This document shows, in pieces, positions 12,934 through 21,512 of a DNA stretch of 24,000 nt. Both the position numbers and the translations under genes were made by a program. The notes below the pieces were generated by a model that had not been told where the DNA came from, did not search any database, and saw only the letters and a program-made list of their open reading frames with translations. Source of the DNA: Bacillota bacterium (lineage in GTDB: Bacteria; Bacillota; JADQBR01); the NCBI GenBank assembly GCA_016278515.1, contig JADQBR010000112.1:1-24000 (forward strand). The letters are read 5' to 3'. Numbering within the stretch: position 1 is the first letter of the stretch; each line of letters starts with the position of its first letter.

Positions 12934-13977
12934 TTATCTGTTTAATAAACTGCCGGTGTACTTTAATAATTCGTTGGCACAAATTGGGCAGTATCCATGA
13001 CTATTAATCAACCGGTCTACAACTGCGTTAATTCGCTTTAACTGTTCTGGGTCAGGGGTCTTAGCCGAAGTTGTAATCTTTACGATGTCTTTAAGATCGG
13101 CAAACAGTTTCTTCTCTATGGCTTCCCGCAATCGCTCATGGGAGTTATAATCGAATGATTTGCCTTGTCTGGCGTAACTGGAGAGTCGAATCAATATCTC
13201 TTCCCGAAACGATTTTTTTGCATTTTCCGAGACGCCTATTTGTTCTTCGATAGAACGCATTAACTTTTCATCTGGGTCTAATTCTTCATCGGTTATGGGA
13301 TCTTTAACCTTGAAACCATTGCAAAATGCCTCTACATTATCCAAATAATTATTAAATAAGGCCCTGGCGGATTCTTCATAGGAATATACAAATGCCCTTT
13401 GTACTTCCTTTTTTGCCATTTTGTCGTATTCTTTTCGGGCAATGGCCAGGAAATTTATATACTTCTCTTTTTCTTCTTTGGTAATTGAAGTATGTTGATC
13501 CAGACCGTCCTTTAAAGCTCGCATTATGTCAAGCGCATTAATACACGAAGTATCCTGGTTAATAAGTGCACTTGAGATTCTATTAATGACATAGCGGGGA
13601 TCGATACCGCTCATACCCTCCCCTTCTGCTTCCGCTTGCAACTCTTTAACATCCTTATCTTTAAAGCCTTCCACATCTTCTCCATCATAGAGTTTCATTT
13701 TCTTTATTAAATCCATTCCTTGCTTGCGTGATTCTTTTAGTCGCGACAGTATGGAGAAAATAGCAGCAACCCTTAGGGCATAAGGTGCAATGTGCACATC
13801 TTGAATATCACTTTGGGAAATTAATTTTTGATAAATTTTCACCTCCTGAGATACCTTTAGATTATATGGTACCGGCAGCACTATAATCCTTGACTGAAGG
13901 GCTTCATTTTTCTTATTACTGATAAAGGCGCGGTACTCTGCTTCGTTTGTGTGCGCAACTATCATTTCAATGAACGT
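12934..13977 (-). pseudogene. prkA: prkA (PrkA/YeaG serine protein kinase), 5'-truncated, with only about the C-terminal 55% present
   Basis: ...TFIEMIVAHTNEAEYRAFISNKKNEALQSRIIVLPVPYNLKVSQEVKIYQKLI...GYCPICANELLKYTGSLLNR matches the middle-to-C-terminal part of the roughly 630-aa PrkA. The frame hits TAA at 13978..13980, and no AAA/Walker-A half lies upstream or elsewhere in the window. The internal ATG at 13965 has no RBS. Confidence 0.8.
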
Positions 13978-13993
13978 TTACTCATAGCACAAA

Positions 13994-14182
13994 TTATTCC
14001 TTCTTCTTTGTTTCAGTTAAACATTCTAACAATACCCTGTACAGCCGATCCTCTTCTTCCTTAGTAGGTGGCCTGTCAGGCGGGTGTATGAATATGTCCC
14101 CACATGGACCTTTCAACTTGATTACTTTGTCTCCTTCCCCTTCTTCAATATCTCGTAAATATTCCTGAGCTAGGGGACCCAC
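13994..14182 (-). CDS. Small acidic hypothetical protein (62 aa)
   Basis: GTG start 5 nt after GGCGGTGA. The composition is non-repetitive (…IKLKGPCGDIFIHPPDRPPTKEEEDRLYRVLLECL…). It occupies the position where the prkA 5' half should be. Confidence 0.45.
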   Translation of the reverse strand: MGPLAQEYLRDIEEGEGDKVIKLKGPCGDIFIHPPDRPPTKEEEDRLYRVLLECLTETKKKE

Positions 14183-14263
14183 CTAATCACCGCCTTTCCT
14201 CTTTTTTATATCTATATGCACAAGGGCTTGTCACTTTAACTCTTTTAAATTTAACAACTATAA

Positions 14264-14500
14264 ATTGCAGAATTTTTTAATGTAACAACTGATTTTCTTC
14301 TCAGTCGTACCGATAACCCAACACACAAGCTTAAGGAACCTGAAGAACCTTCTGAAAAAGAACTTGAAGAAATAATGAAAAAGGAAGGGATAATGTTCGA
14401 TGGGGCCCCGCTTGATGATGAAGACAAGCAAGACATAACAATAAAAGCGCTTTCAAAGAACTTTTCACAAAAACTTCACATTTTTACTATATTTATATAA
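14264..14500 (+). pseudogene. XRE-family HTH regulator remnant: end of the HTH domain plus an acidic tail, with the N-terminus missing
   Basis: Frame 2 is open from 14264 with no start codon. It reads IAEFFNVTTDFLLSRTDNPTHKLKEPEEPSEKELEEIMKKEGIMFDGAPLDDEDK..., and IAeyFnVs.DYLLGrTDnP is the stereotyped end of Cro/C1-type HTH domains. The track ORF 14251..14436(-) is its low-complexity antisense shadow. Confidence 0.45.
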
Positions 14501-14555
14501 CATTCTTAGTTTATGCTATATGTATAGCAAGAAAAAAACTTTAGGAGGTATTTCC

Positions 14556-14879
14556 ATGAAAAAACTTATTGTTTTACTCACTACTATCTTAATTTTAACT
14601 ATGGCTGTTCCTGTTTTTGCAGCAGACCAAGAGGCCGACACATTAACTGACCTATACAATCAAATGTATGAAACTAGGCAGACTCTAATTGATAACTATG
14701 TTGAACAAGGTCTTATAACAGAGGAGCAAGGTCTGTTCATGAAGCAGAGAATGGAGCAGGCACAACAATTCCGTGCTGAAAGCGGCAATGGATATCATGG
14801 TTTTGGTTTTGGATTTGGTAGAGGTATGGGGATGGGTATAGGCTTTGGTGGCCCAGGCTTTGGCTGCGGAGGCTGGTAA
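14556..14879 (+). CDS. Small secreted protein: helical LT.EQ-type region plus a Gly/Phe/Met-rich C-terminal tail
   Basis: AGGAGG RBS 7 nt before the ATG at 14556. Signal peptide MKKLIVLLTTILILTMAVPVFA. The region LTDLYNQMYETRQTLIDNYVEQGLITEEQGLFMKQRMEQ is reminiscent, from memory, of YckD/DUF2680-type proteins. The tail is GYHGFGFGFGRGMGMGIGFGGPGFGCGGW. Confidence 0.7.
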   Translation: MKKLIVLLTTILILTMAVPVFAADQEADTLTDLYNQMYETRQTLIDNYVEQGLITEEQGLFMKQRMEQAQQFRAESGNGYHGFGFGFGRGMGMGIGFGGPGFGCGGW

Positions 14880-14940
14880 GTCTTTAGTGACTTTTATTAA
14901 ACGCTACAATAACGCTGTACTACCAGAAGAATGAAATTAG

Positions 14941-14979
14941 AAAAACGCAACAAACCGTAAAATGGTTTGTTGCGTTTTT
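14941..14979. terminator. Bidirectional rho-independent terminator between convergent genes
   Basis: AAAAACGCAACAAACC-gtaaaat-GGTTTGTTGCGTTTTT is a perfect 16-bp stem whose A/T runs serve both strands. Confidence 0.85.
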
Positions 14980-14985
14980 CCCTTA

Positions 14986-15972
14986 TTAACCGATTATTAA
15001 TTTTTGTCCGACAGTAATATAGTTTGGATTGGTAATGTTATTAGCTTTCTGTAGAGCGTATACGGTGGTTCCGTAGCGTTGTGAAATTCCCCATAACGAA
15101 TCACCTTTTATAACCGTGTAAATATTGTTTTGAACTGTGCGGGGAATGAGTAACCGCTGTCCGGCAAAAATGGTGTTGACATCATTCAAATAATTGTTTT
15201 CCGCAATTTGTTGTAAACTGACGCCGTACATACCTTTAATTCTCCATAGTGTCTCGCCGGGGGCTACATAATGCACAGCTTGAATTTTTTCTGGTAACAG
15301 GATTTCGGAAAGTGTTACTAATTGGTACCCGTAGCCCTGCAACCGGTTGATAATTGTAGGCAGTGCATTGGGTGTTTCGGTACCGGAACCGACATGCATA
15401 AGGATTATACCTCCGGGACCTCCTCCGTTCATTACCCTTTCCACAATTTGACTGGCGGGAATACCCTTCCAATCCAGAGTATCCACCGTCCACATCACTG
15501 TCCATGGATAGCCCAGTTCACCTAACACATTCAATGTGGCACTGTCGTAACTACCAAAAGGGGGCCGGAAAAACGGCTGCAACCCTCTGCCCAAGTACTG
15601 TTTTGCCAACTGGTCGGTACTGTTAACTTCCTCCTTCATTTGCTGTACTGAAATAGTAGCAAAGTCTGGATGAGAATAGCTGTGATTCCCTAGTTCGTGA
15701 CCCTCCGCCAGGACCCTCTTGGCCATTGTCGGGTTGTTCCGAATCCACTTACCGGTCAGGAAAAAGGTTGCTTTCAATTTTTTCGCCTTTAAGATGTCTA
15801 ATATCTGTTCCGTCGCACCCACATCGGAACCGGCATCAAAAGTTAATGCAATTTTTTTTCCGGTGGTATCCCCCGACTGTACAATCCTAGATGCAGTAGC
15901 TGCTTCGGCCAGTAATGGTGAAAATAACAACATGGCCACTGTCATCATGACAGTCAACGTTCTAGTTATCAT
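14986..15972 (-). CDS. Secreted polysaccharide deacetylase (NodB homology domain) with two C-terminal LysM domains
   Basis: It has a signal peptide. NodB motifs present are LTFDAG, HSYSHP and the LMH region. The two LysM repeats are [26 protein letters not shown]...GQRLLIP and [28 protein letters not shown]...GQKLII. Confidence 0.9.
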   Translation of the reverse strand: MITRTLTVMMTVAMLLFSPLLAEAATASRIVQSGDTTGKKIALTFDAGSDVGATEQILDILKAKKLKATFFLTGKWIRNNPTMAKRVLAEGHELGNHSYSHPDFATISVQQMKEEVNSTDQLAKQYLGRGLQPFFRPPFGSYDSATLNVLGELGYPWTVMWTVDTLDWKGIPASQIVERVMNGGGPGGIILMHVGSGTETPNALPTIINRLQGYGYQLVTLSEILLPEKIQAVHYVAPGETLWRIKGMYGVSLQQIAENNYLNDVNTIFAGQRLLIPRTVQNNIYTVIKGDSLWGISQRYGTTVYALQKANNITNPNYITVGQKLIIG

Positions 15973-16149
15973 TATGCCTACACCCTTTCAGTGTCTTAAA
16001 ATAAAAGCAATAATATAAAAGCTAATTCATAATAGCATGATGACTGTATTGTGTCATGACAAACATTTTGGCAGTATAAGCAAAAGATAACAATTGTTTT
16101 CCGCAGTTTTCCAAAATAAAACTGCTGCATGAAAGACATGCAGCAGTTT

Positions 16150-16424
16150 CTCAAACTTCTCACAGTACGATTGTCAGCAAGCTTTGCAGGGGTGATGACT
16201 ACCTTCTCCGGTAAAACCCCTTTTTCGAAAAACCTAAGACCCAGATGAAGTTTCACGCCGGCAGTAGTTTTTCTAAAGTCTGCCCAGGGGTAATCAGAGA
16301 GACAAAGACTAATGGTTGAAGAATCAATTAGATGAAGATGTTGAAAAGCGTCGTTTAAAGCATTAACACCGGTCTCTTTTAAAACCCTAAAGGTTATGTC
16401 TTGTCCCACATGTGGATCTCCCTT
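16150..16424 (-). pseudogene. IS4-family DDE transposase internal fragment
   Basis: HLIDSSTISLCLSDYPWADFRKTTAGVKLHLGLRF....PEKVVITPAKLAD matches the conserved IS4 region around the first catalytic Asp (iDsT.i.l....W A.f...k.g.KlH...d....P..v.iT.a..hD). Upstream and downstream of it the frame is non-homologous and interrupted. Confidence 0.6.
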
Positions 16425-16654
16425 ATTTTAGAGATTTGGGCAAGGACTACCCTATATCTCTATTATAAGGGATTTTTCTTGTTAAATCAGGCTTTTTTAA
16501 CGTTTTCCTGCCAGTTTTTGCTGTTTCTGAGGGTTGACAAATTTGGGTTTGGTTTATGCGAACCGGCAGCACCTTCTTCGGACGTTGAAGCAACGGTAGT
16601 TTTAAATAGTGTTTCAACAAATTAACTCATTGAAATTGGGACCGGTATTATGCC

Positions 16655-17509
16655 CTACCGTTTACGTTTGTTATACTCTGCATTTAGCACCTTAAACTTA
16701 TACCAATCAAAATCCCCATCTTTTAATTTCCAAGTTACCTCACCTTTAGTCGGAATTTTAATACCGCTGAATTCTTTATAAGCGGAAACATCGATACTCC
16801 AAGGTTCAAGACTATACTCTCCGTTAAGCTCTCTGAACCTTTGGGCAGTGAAATTCCTCACTTCACCATCATCGCCAAAGGTAAAAACTCCTGAGGCAGT
16901 TATATCGCCGTAATTCATGGTTGCTTTTGCAGAATTCTCATCAATTCCTTCCCATTCAATATAGTTCTCCAGTGCCGCAGTAGGAAACCAGACTGTTTCG
17001 CCTAAAAAGCGAAGTAAGCTTCCTTGATCAATTTCCTTTCCTTTTCCGTCCGCAACCGTTATAATTGACATGATTTTGATGAGCATATTACCTTTACCCC
17101 GGACATACTTATCTTTCCCTACAATATGAATTAAGGGTGCTGCTTTAATTCTTGCGTTCCAAATAAAGCCGGGCTCATCAGTCATAAAGTATTGCTCTGA
17201 TGTTAAGGGCATCCATGACTGCTCTTTTTTCAGCCTCATTTCTGCTTCGTGCTCTACTTTGGCTGTAATAATTCTCTCTTTCCCTATTATCTGAGAGTAT
17301 TTAAGCCACTTTTGTACACTAGTTGGTAATCCTTTTACAGCATCTTCTCCAATTATTTTCTTTTCAGCACCGTTGCTGTTCATAAGCATGCTTTCAATTT
17401 CTTTATCAGCAGAACGATTAAAAAAATAGTTCGCAACAGAAGATGTAGTTAAAACTAACAAAATTAAAAAAACCAAAATAATTACGATAGCAAATAGAAA
17501 CTTGTACAT
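16655..17509 (-). CDS. Membrane-anchored hypothetical protein: N-terminal TM helix plus a soluble domain of about 250 aa
   Basis: A 284-aa ORF with non-repetitive composition and a single N-terminal hydrophobic helix (FLFAIVIILVFLILLVLTT). I cannot assign a family with certainty. Confidence 0.7.
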   Translation of the reverse strand: MYKFLFAIVIILVFLILLVLTTSSVANYFFNRSADKEIESMLMNSNGAEKKIIGEDAVKGLPTSVQKWLKYSQIIGKERIITAKVEHEAEMRLKKEQSWMPLTSEQYFMTDEPGFIWNARIKAAPLIHIVGKDKYVRGKGNMLIKIMSIITVADGKGKEIDQGSLLRFLGETVWFPTAALENYIEWEGIDENSAKATMNYGDITASGVFTFGDDGEVRNFTAQRFRELNGEYSLEPWSIDVSAYKEFSGIKIPTKGEVTWKLKDGDFDWYKFKVLNAEYNKRKR

Positions 17510-17570
17510 AAACCTACTCCCTTCTCAAAGCAGTATTTTTAAAATAATAGGTTGAACTTAACTTCTAAAA

Positions 17571-17608
17571 TCTAAAAATAAAATGAACTACCGAAAAAAA
17601 GTAGTTCA
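17571..17608 (-). terminator. Probable rho-independent terminator (minus strand)
   Basis: Minus strand: UGAACUAC-uuuuuuucg-GUAGUUCA followed by UUUUAUUUUU. Confidence 0.55.
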
Positions 17609-18041
17609 AAATGTGTACTTCTTTGGTAGGACCAAACACCTTCCAACTGGGGAAGTATTATATCTTTTTAGAGCAATAAGTCTAAAGCATTTTGTTGGAG
17701 TTCTTTGCTATAAGTACAATCAAAAAAATAGCTAACATAAGGAAAATCATAAACATAATTACAAACGGTATTTCACCCTTTTGGAGAAAATAGCCCGGAC
17801 TCATGATTAAAGTATATAACAGCATACCCATGGATATTAGATATGTTTTTAGGCCCCAAATCTTCTTTAATAACAGCCCTATGGCACCTATAATTAATAA
17901 AATAAGGCAGTCGAAACCTCAACTTTGCTATTAATAAAGTTACCTTTTGGGAACTGCAAATTCCTACATAAATGTATGATTTAATATTTTTGGATAAAAA
18001 TATTAACATTATAAAATTCTAATTCATAAGAGGAGATTCTC

Positions 18042-18490
18042 ATGAAAGATAGACTTATTGCTGGCGGAATCGCTGGATTAATTGCAGGAGTAATACAAAA
18101 TGTCTACGGTTACAGCTATTAAAGCAACAGGGATAACTGATAGATCGTTTAGCGATTTTGCAGAGGTACTAATAATGAACAAACCTGCCCAAACTCTGAC
18201 AGGTGGAATCGTCGGATTTATTGGTCATGTTAATTGTTGGTACAATGTTTGGTGTGCTGTTTGCTTACATTATCTTGTTAACTTCGCATAGGTACTACGT
18301 ACTTAAAGGATTAGGCTATGGGGCGATATTATGGTTTTTATTGATGGGGTTTGGAACTATTTTCAACCTAGCCCAATTCCAAGACATACCACCTACTCCC
18401 GCTTTAACAACATTCATAGGTGCCTTGATTTATGGTATTGTTCTGGCATACAACTTAAAAATAATAGACAAAAACACCCACCTGCTATAA
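18042..18490 (+). pseudogene. Small four-TM membrane protein disrupted by two +1 frameshifts
   Basis: Strong RBS AAGAGGAG. Frame 3 gives MKDRLIAGGIAGLIAGVIQNVYGYS. Frame 1 continues IKATGITDRSFSDFAEVLIMNKPAQTLTGGIVGFIGH. Frame 2 continues LIVGTMFGVLFAYIILLTS...ALTTFIGALIYGIVLAYNLKIIDK. The joins at about 18117 and about 18229 each need removal of one nucleotide. Confidence 0.6.
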
Positions 18491-18538
18491 AGCGAGGACA
18501 CCATCGCACATCCTGCAGGCTAACAGTTCTATCGTTAA

Positions 18539-18703
18539 TTATTTAACCTCCTCGCATTCTCCCAAGTCATTAACAAGTTCCATATACTTTACAACTATCT
18601 CGTCCAATTCTTGACTCAATTTTACCACTCCATTCGAAGATGGTTTTTCACCCTTTTGTAACAAACCAGTTAACTTCTCCTGAATCTTTCTAAATTCCGT
18701 CAT
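18539..18703 (-). CDS. Spo0E-family aspartyl-phosphate phosphatase-like small protein (54 aa)
   Basis: MTEFRKIQEKLTGLLQKGEKPSSNGVVKLSQELDEIVVKYMEL contains the Spo0E signature SQELD..(I/V). The ATG at 18703 is 7 nt after GAGGAG. The longer 121-aa track ORF is an upstream extension without support. Confidence 0.7.
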   Translation of the reverse strand: MTEFRKIQEKLTGLLQKGEKPSSNGVVKLSQELDEIVVKYMELVNDLGECEEVK

Positions 18704-18857
18704 ACCGTTTCTCCTCACCATCATTAATACACGAGTACTAGTATAACATTTAATTGTTAAAAAAGTGTTAATTTGACATTTTTGTGTGAAAAAAGTAGGC
18801 GGAGGCATGAATCTTATTGGAATGCAAAATAATAGAGGTATGCCATAGATAGATAGG

Positions 18858-19127
18858 TTGGTGAAAAGTGTGCAGCTATATGAACATATCAGGCTACTTA
18901 ACAAACAATATCGTGAGAACCTTATAAACGGAATGGATATTTATATTGTGTGGGAATTGTATCAACGCTATTTAACTAGAATGTCTTCATACCCTTGCTT
19001 CCGGTCTCAAAGTAAAGATCTTCAATTGATAATTGACAAAGTCGGAGATACTTGGACTGTTCAAAGTAACCTCTTAGAAAAATATTTAAAAAAGTGCAAA
19101 ATTAAGTCTGTGGGAGACATTGTATGA
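18858..19127 (+). CDS. Hypothetical protein (89 aa)
   Basis: An ORF with plausible composition but a GTG start and a weak RBS. No family recognised. Confidence 0.3.
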   Translation: MVKSVQLYEHIRLLNKQYRENLINGMDIYIVWELYQRYLTRMSSYPCFRSQSKDLQLIIDKVGDTWTVQSNLLEKYLKKCKIKSVGDIV

Positions 19128-19187
19128 GTATGGTCTTTACAGAGGATTTATTGATTTCCCCCCTTTATAGTGCTTTTACCCTATCTA

Positions 19188-19427
19188 TCATTTAGCACCA
19201 TATAAAGGCATGGCATTGAACCAGCCCTTTAATTTCCCGAACTTATAATGCTTATCAATTAAGCCTAGTTCGTCTTTAAAAAGTTTAATAAAAATTTTTC
19301 TTATTCTATTATTAAACGTACACTCTTTGATTGGCTGAATATAAAGAGAACCTGCACCCTGCATGCCATCCAGCAATGTTCGAAACATGTGCTCATCGTC
19401 AGTAATTTGGGTCTCACTTGGTATCAT
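19188..19427 (-). CDS. Hypothetical protein (79 aa), possibly a gene fragment
   Basis: ORF only. Its ATG overlaps, in an ATGA arrangement, the stop of a 22-codon upstream ORF that lacks an RBS. No family recognised. Confidence 0.3.
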   Translation of the reverse strand: MIPSETQITDDEHMFRTLLDGMQGAGSLYIQPIKECTFNNRIRKIFIKLFKDELGLIDKHYKFGKLKGWFNAMPLYGAK

Positions 19428-19649
19428 GGGCGCAATTTTGCCACAGCTTCAGCATTTCTACAGCTTGGTATTTTGAAGCCAATAGGCTCCATAAGTTAAA
19501 GTAATAGTTGCACTATGTTCAATTTCAATAGGTATAAAAAGTTTAGGCGCAATCTATGGCCATTATAAAACCTTGGTTACAAGAGACCGGCGTAATTATC
19601 TTTAGGTAAATGAATGTAAAACCGAGCGCAGATGTGACTATTGAAACAG

Positions 19650-19696
19650 CAGAAAATAATAAGCCCTTGGTTTCGCCATTGAGCAAAACCAAGGGC
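19650..19696 (-). terminator. Candidate terminator downstream of cstA
   Basis: An 11-bp perfect stem (plus strand GCCCTTGGTTT at 19663..19673 pairing with AAACCAAGGGC at 19686..19696) with a 12-nt loop. On the minus strand it is followed by UUAUUAUUUUCU. It lies about 135 nt after the cstA stop. Confidence 0.45.
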
Positions 19697-19830
19697 CTGT
19701 TAGTATAGTTCAAACGCATTGAGCTTTTTACCAATCATTAATGCAGTAAACCGAACAAAAGTTGCCGGATTCCGGGAGTTTGGACCGCTAATTGGGCGGC
19801 CCTTTCTATCCGAGAACAGGTTAATCTTTT

Positions 19831-21258
19831 TTATGCACTCATTGTCTGTGGTCGTTCAATCTCTTCTTTTTTGCTAGCTTTGTATAAGAATAATGCCAAT
19901 GCTGCCAGTGCTGCAATGATACCTACCGGATATGAAAAGCTTGTTGATAAACCTAAGCCTTCCGGCGCCTGTAAAATATAAGTGATGCTGACACCGGTCA
20001 TGAAAGTAGCAGGTACCGTGGCAATCCAGTGTAATTTTTTACTCTTTGCAAGATACGCGGCAGCAGTCCATAATACAAACATTGCCAGTGTCTGGTTGGA
20101 CCATGCAAAGTATCTCCATACAATACCAAAATCAATTCTTGAGATTAGAAAACCTACTGTCATAAGAGGAACGGCAATAAATAATCTTTTAGCTGTGGCT
20201 ATTTGTTCAAGATTCAAAGCATCTGCTATTGCCAAACGAGCACTCCTAAATGCAGTATCACCGGAGGTAATTGGGCAGGCAATAACACCAAGGATTGCCA
20301 ATAATCCGCCCACTTTGCCCAACAGACTAGTAGATAAAATATGCACCACTGCGCCGGGGCCCCCATTAGCCAATGCAGCTTGCAAACCTTCAGTACCATT
20401 GAAGAAAGTCATAGCTGCCGCCGCCCAAATCAGAGCGATAATACCTTCTGCGATCATTGCACCGTAGAACACTTGACGTCCTTGGCCTTCACTTTTCAAA
20501 CATCTTGCCATTAGTGGTGATTGAGTTGCATGGAACCCACTGATAGCACCGCAGGCGATTGTAACGAAAAGAAGCGGCCACGCGGGAAGTCCTTCTGGAT
20601 GTAAGTTTTGCAAGGTTAATTCAGGAATGTGGTAACCCCCAAATACTAACCCGCCGGCGATTCCCAGTGCCATAAAAATTAAAGCTGCGCCAAACAATGG
20701 GTAAACTCTACCTATAATTTTATCAATCGGTAAAATTGTTGCTAAGAAATAGTATGCAATAATAATTGCTAACCAGATAGTTACGGTAATTCCTGAGGTC
20801 AATGCTGCCAGCAGTTTTGCTGGTCCTAACATAAAGACAGTACCGACTAATATTAAAAGTATAACAGTGAATACTCTCATAAATTGGCGTGCAACGGTTC
20901 CTAAATATATCCCAACTAACTCTGATATACTAGCACCATTGTGTTTAATAGAAAGCATCCCAGAAAAGTAATCATGTACCGCACCTGCGAATATAGCTCC
21001 GAATACAATCCATAAAAACGCCGCCGGACCCCAAAGAGCGCCAGCAACAGCACCATAAATTGGCCCTAACCCGGCAATGTTCAAGAACTGGATTAGAAAG
21101 ATTTTTTTCCAATCCATAGGTACATAGTCTACTCCATCGTTATTACAAACTGCTGGAGTTTCAGCCGATGGATTAACTCCCCACACATTTTCTACAAATT
21201 TTCCGTAAATAAAATATCCACCAATCAACACTGCTAATGCAATAAAAAAGGTTACCAT
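19831..21258 (-). CDS. cstA: CstA-family (carbon starvation protein A / BtsT-like) peptide or pyruvate transporter
   Basis: MVTFFIALAVLIGGYFIYGKF...DGVDYVPMDWKKIFLIQFLNIAGLGPIYGAVAGALWGPAAFLWIVFGAIFAGAVHDYFSGM is the CstA N-terminal signature. The protein is polytopic. I prefer the ATG at 21258 (after GGGGGGA) over the TTG at 21324. Confidence 0.9.
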   Translation of the reverse strand: MVTFFIALAVLIGGYFIYGKFVENVWGVNPSAETPAVCNNDGVDYVPMDWKKIFLIQFLNIAGLGPIYGAVAGALWGPAAFLWIVFGAIFAGAVHDYFSGMLSIKHNGASISELVGIYLGTVARQFMRVFTVILLILVGTVFMLGPAKLLAALTSGITVTIWLAIIIAYYFLATILPIDKIIGRVYPLFGAALIFMALGIAGGLVFGGYHIPELTLQNLHPEGLPAWPLLFVTIACGAISGFHATQSPLMARCLKSEGQGRQVFYGAMIAEGIIALIWAAAAMTFFNGTEGLQAALANGGPGAVVHILSTSLLGKVGGLLAILGVIACPITSGDTAFRSARLAIADALNLEQIATAKRLFIAVPLMTVGFLISRIDFGIVWRYFAWSNQTLAMFVLWTAAAYLAKSKKLHWIATVPATFMTGVSITYILQAPEGLGLSTSFSYPVGIIAALAALALFLYKASKKEEIERPQTMSA

Positions 21259-21330
21259 TGCTAAGTCCCCCCTAAAAATATTGTCACCTGTATTACAACA
21301 TAATGGGAGAACAACGTCAGCCAATTGTTC

Positions 21331-21360
21331 CTAAAATGCAAATAATCAGGCTTAAAATGC
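21331..21360 (-). promoter_or_regulatory. LytTR-type direct repeat GCATTTTAA-N12-GCATTTTAG in the cstA promoter
   Basis: The minus strand has GCATTTTAA (21360..21352) and GCATTTTAG (21339..21331), a 21-bp period, 73-102 nt upstream of the cstA ATG. An extended -10-like TGtTGTAAT follows at about 21300..21292. The repeat resembles the GGCATTTCAT-N11 repeat I recall for E. coli YpdB. Confidence 0.55.
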
Positions 21361-21459
21361 CCGATTATTAGCATGAATTGTTTTATCCGATATCCAACCG
21401 CCACTAAGCCCCCGCTTCAGTCAAGGAAAAGGGATAAGTGGCGCTAAGCTCCTGGATAT

Positions 21460-21501
21460 ACTTAACTAAACATCAGATGGGGTGTAAAACCCCACCTGAT
21501 G
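21460..21501 (-). terminator. Probable terminator after lytT
   Basis: Minus strand: CAUCAGGUGGGGU-uuua-CACCCCAUCUGAUG (one G-U pair) followed by UUUAGUU. It lies 12 nt after the lytT stop. Confidence 0.6.
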
Positions 21502-21512
21502 CAAGTTTCACT

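Noticed and set aside
14251-14436. 61-aa minus-strand ORF (Ser-rich)
   Set aside because: It is a low-complexity antisense reading of the acidic tail of the XRE remnant (plus-strand EPEEPSEKELEE...).
15236-16018. ORFs 15236..15505(-), 15322..15525(+) and 15719..16018(+)
   Set aside because: They are off-frame or antisense within the deacetylase gene, whose frame carries NodB and LysM motifs.
16401-16625. 74-aa plus-strand ORF
   Set aside because: It has no RBS, lies in the degraded IS flank, and its composition is not protein-like.
17682-18009. Track ORF 17773..18009(-), and an alternative hydrophobic frame 17682..17918(-) reading ...LILLIIGAIGLLLKKIWGLKTYLISMGMLLYTLIMSPGYFLQKGEIPFVIMFMIFLMLAIFLIVLIAKNSNKML
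   Set aside because: The track ORF has implausible composition. The hydrophobic frame looks more protein-like and is followed by a terminator (17571..17608). However, its first ATG (17831) has no RBS and the upstream 29 codons have no start. It is possibly another membrane-protein remnant, but support is too weak to call.
18807-18848. 13-codon mini-ORF MNLIGMQNNRGMP after GGCGGAGG
   Set aside because: The SD-like sequence ends 1 nt before the ATG, which is too close, and there is no further support.
19543-19734. 63-aa minus-strand ORF
   Set aside because: It has no RBS and spans the strong hairpin at 19663..19696 that is better explained as the cstA terminator.
19982-20467. 161-aa plus-strand ORF
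   Set aside because: It is antisense within cstA, and its Ala-rich composition mirrors the Gly/Ala-rich transporter.
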